Shown piece by piece: positions 63,690-64,000 of a stretch of 64,000 bases of DNA. The position numbers and the translations under genes are program-made. The notes under the pieces were generated by a model that saw only the letters and a list, made by a program, of their open reading frames with translations, had not been told where the DNA came from and did no database searches. The stretch spans positions 21,255,006-21,319,005 of the forward strand of contig NC_083443.1 in NCBI RefSeq assembly GCF_020745735.1, written 5' to 3'. How positions within the stretch are numbered: position 1 is the first letter of the stretch; every line of letters starts with the position of its first letter. Source of the DNA: Hemiscyllium ocellatum. Its lineage: Eukaryota.

Positions 63690-64000
63690 TCACAGAATTG
63701 TTACATCTCAAAAACAAGCTATTCAGTTCATCGTTTGTGCGCCAACTGTCTGAATGAACACTGACTTTGCCAATTTCCTACATTTTGCCCCATAATATGC
63801 ATAAACAATCAACAAATGACCTTGAATCCCTCCATTTAACCTGCCTCCACCACACCTCCAGCCAATGTGTTCCAGATCCCAACTGCTCACTTTGAATATT
63901 TCCTATTTCAGATTTGCTCCTTTTGCAAATTACTTTGTATCTGTGCCCTTTGTTTTAATAGGAGAAGGAGTAGTTTATTCAATTTACTCTATCCTGCCCT
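63690..64000 (-). mobile_element. Old CR1-type 3' tail running off the window
   Basis: CCTGCCTCCACCACACCTCCAGCCAATGTGTTCCAGATCCCAAC, similar to other minus-strand CR1 ends. Confidence 0.65.

Overview
Non-coding, AT-rich vertebrate DNA, almost certainly from a shark or other cartilaginous fish (inferred from HE1-type V-SINEs and HER1/CR1-type LINE tails). I found no recognisable host-gene exon, so it is probably a large intron or gene desert. The protein-like ORFs in the track are decayed retroelement pieces: CR1 esterase/endonuclease/RT, L1 ORF1/ORF2 and a Penelope GIY-YIG. Main points of interest: (1) at least eight Penelope-like terminal repeats from three families, most with minimal type-I hammerhead ribozyme cores, one intact at ~4240-4273 and two as inverted pairs with target-site duplications; (2) a CR1/L2-group LINE that appears to start with a tRNA-derived Pol III head and no ORF1, plus several SINE copies joining the same head to the same tail; (3) an L1 with both ends, a 5' YY1 motif, and its RT domain replaced by an iterative templated insertion typical of polymerase-theta end joining; (4) several repeat-free, motif-rich segments that are candidate conserved enhancers. 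Two assembly gaps are present. Repeat boundaries were read by eye and are approximate unless a TSD is given.
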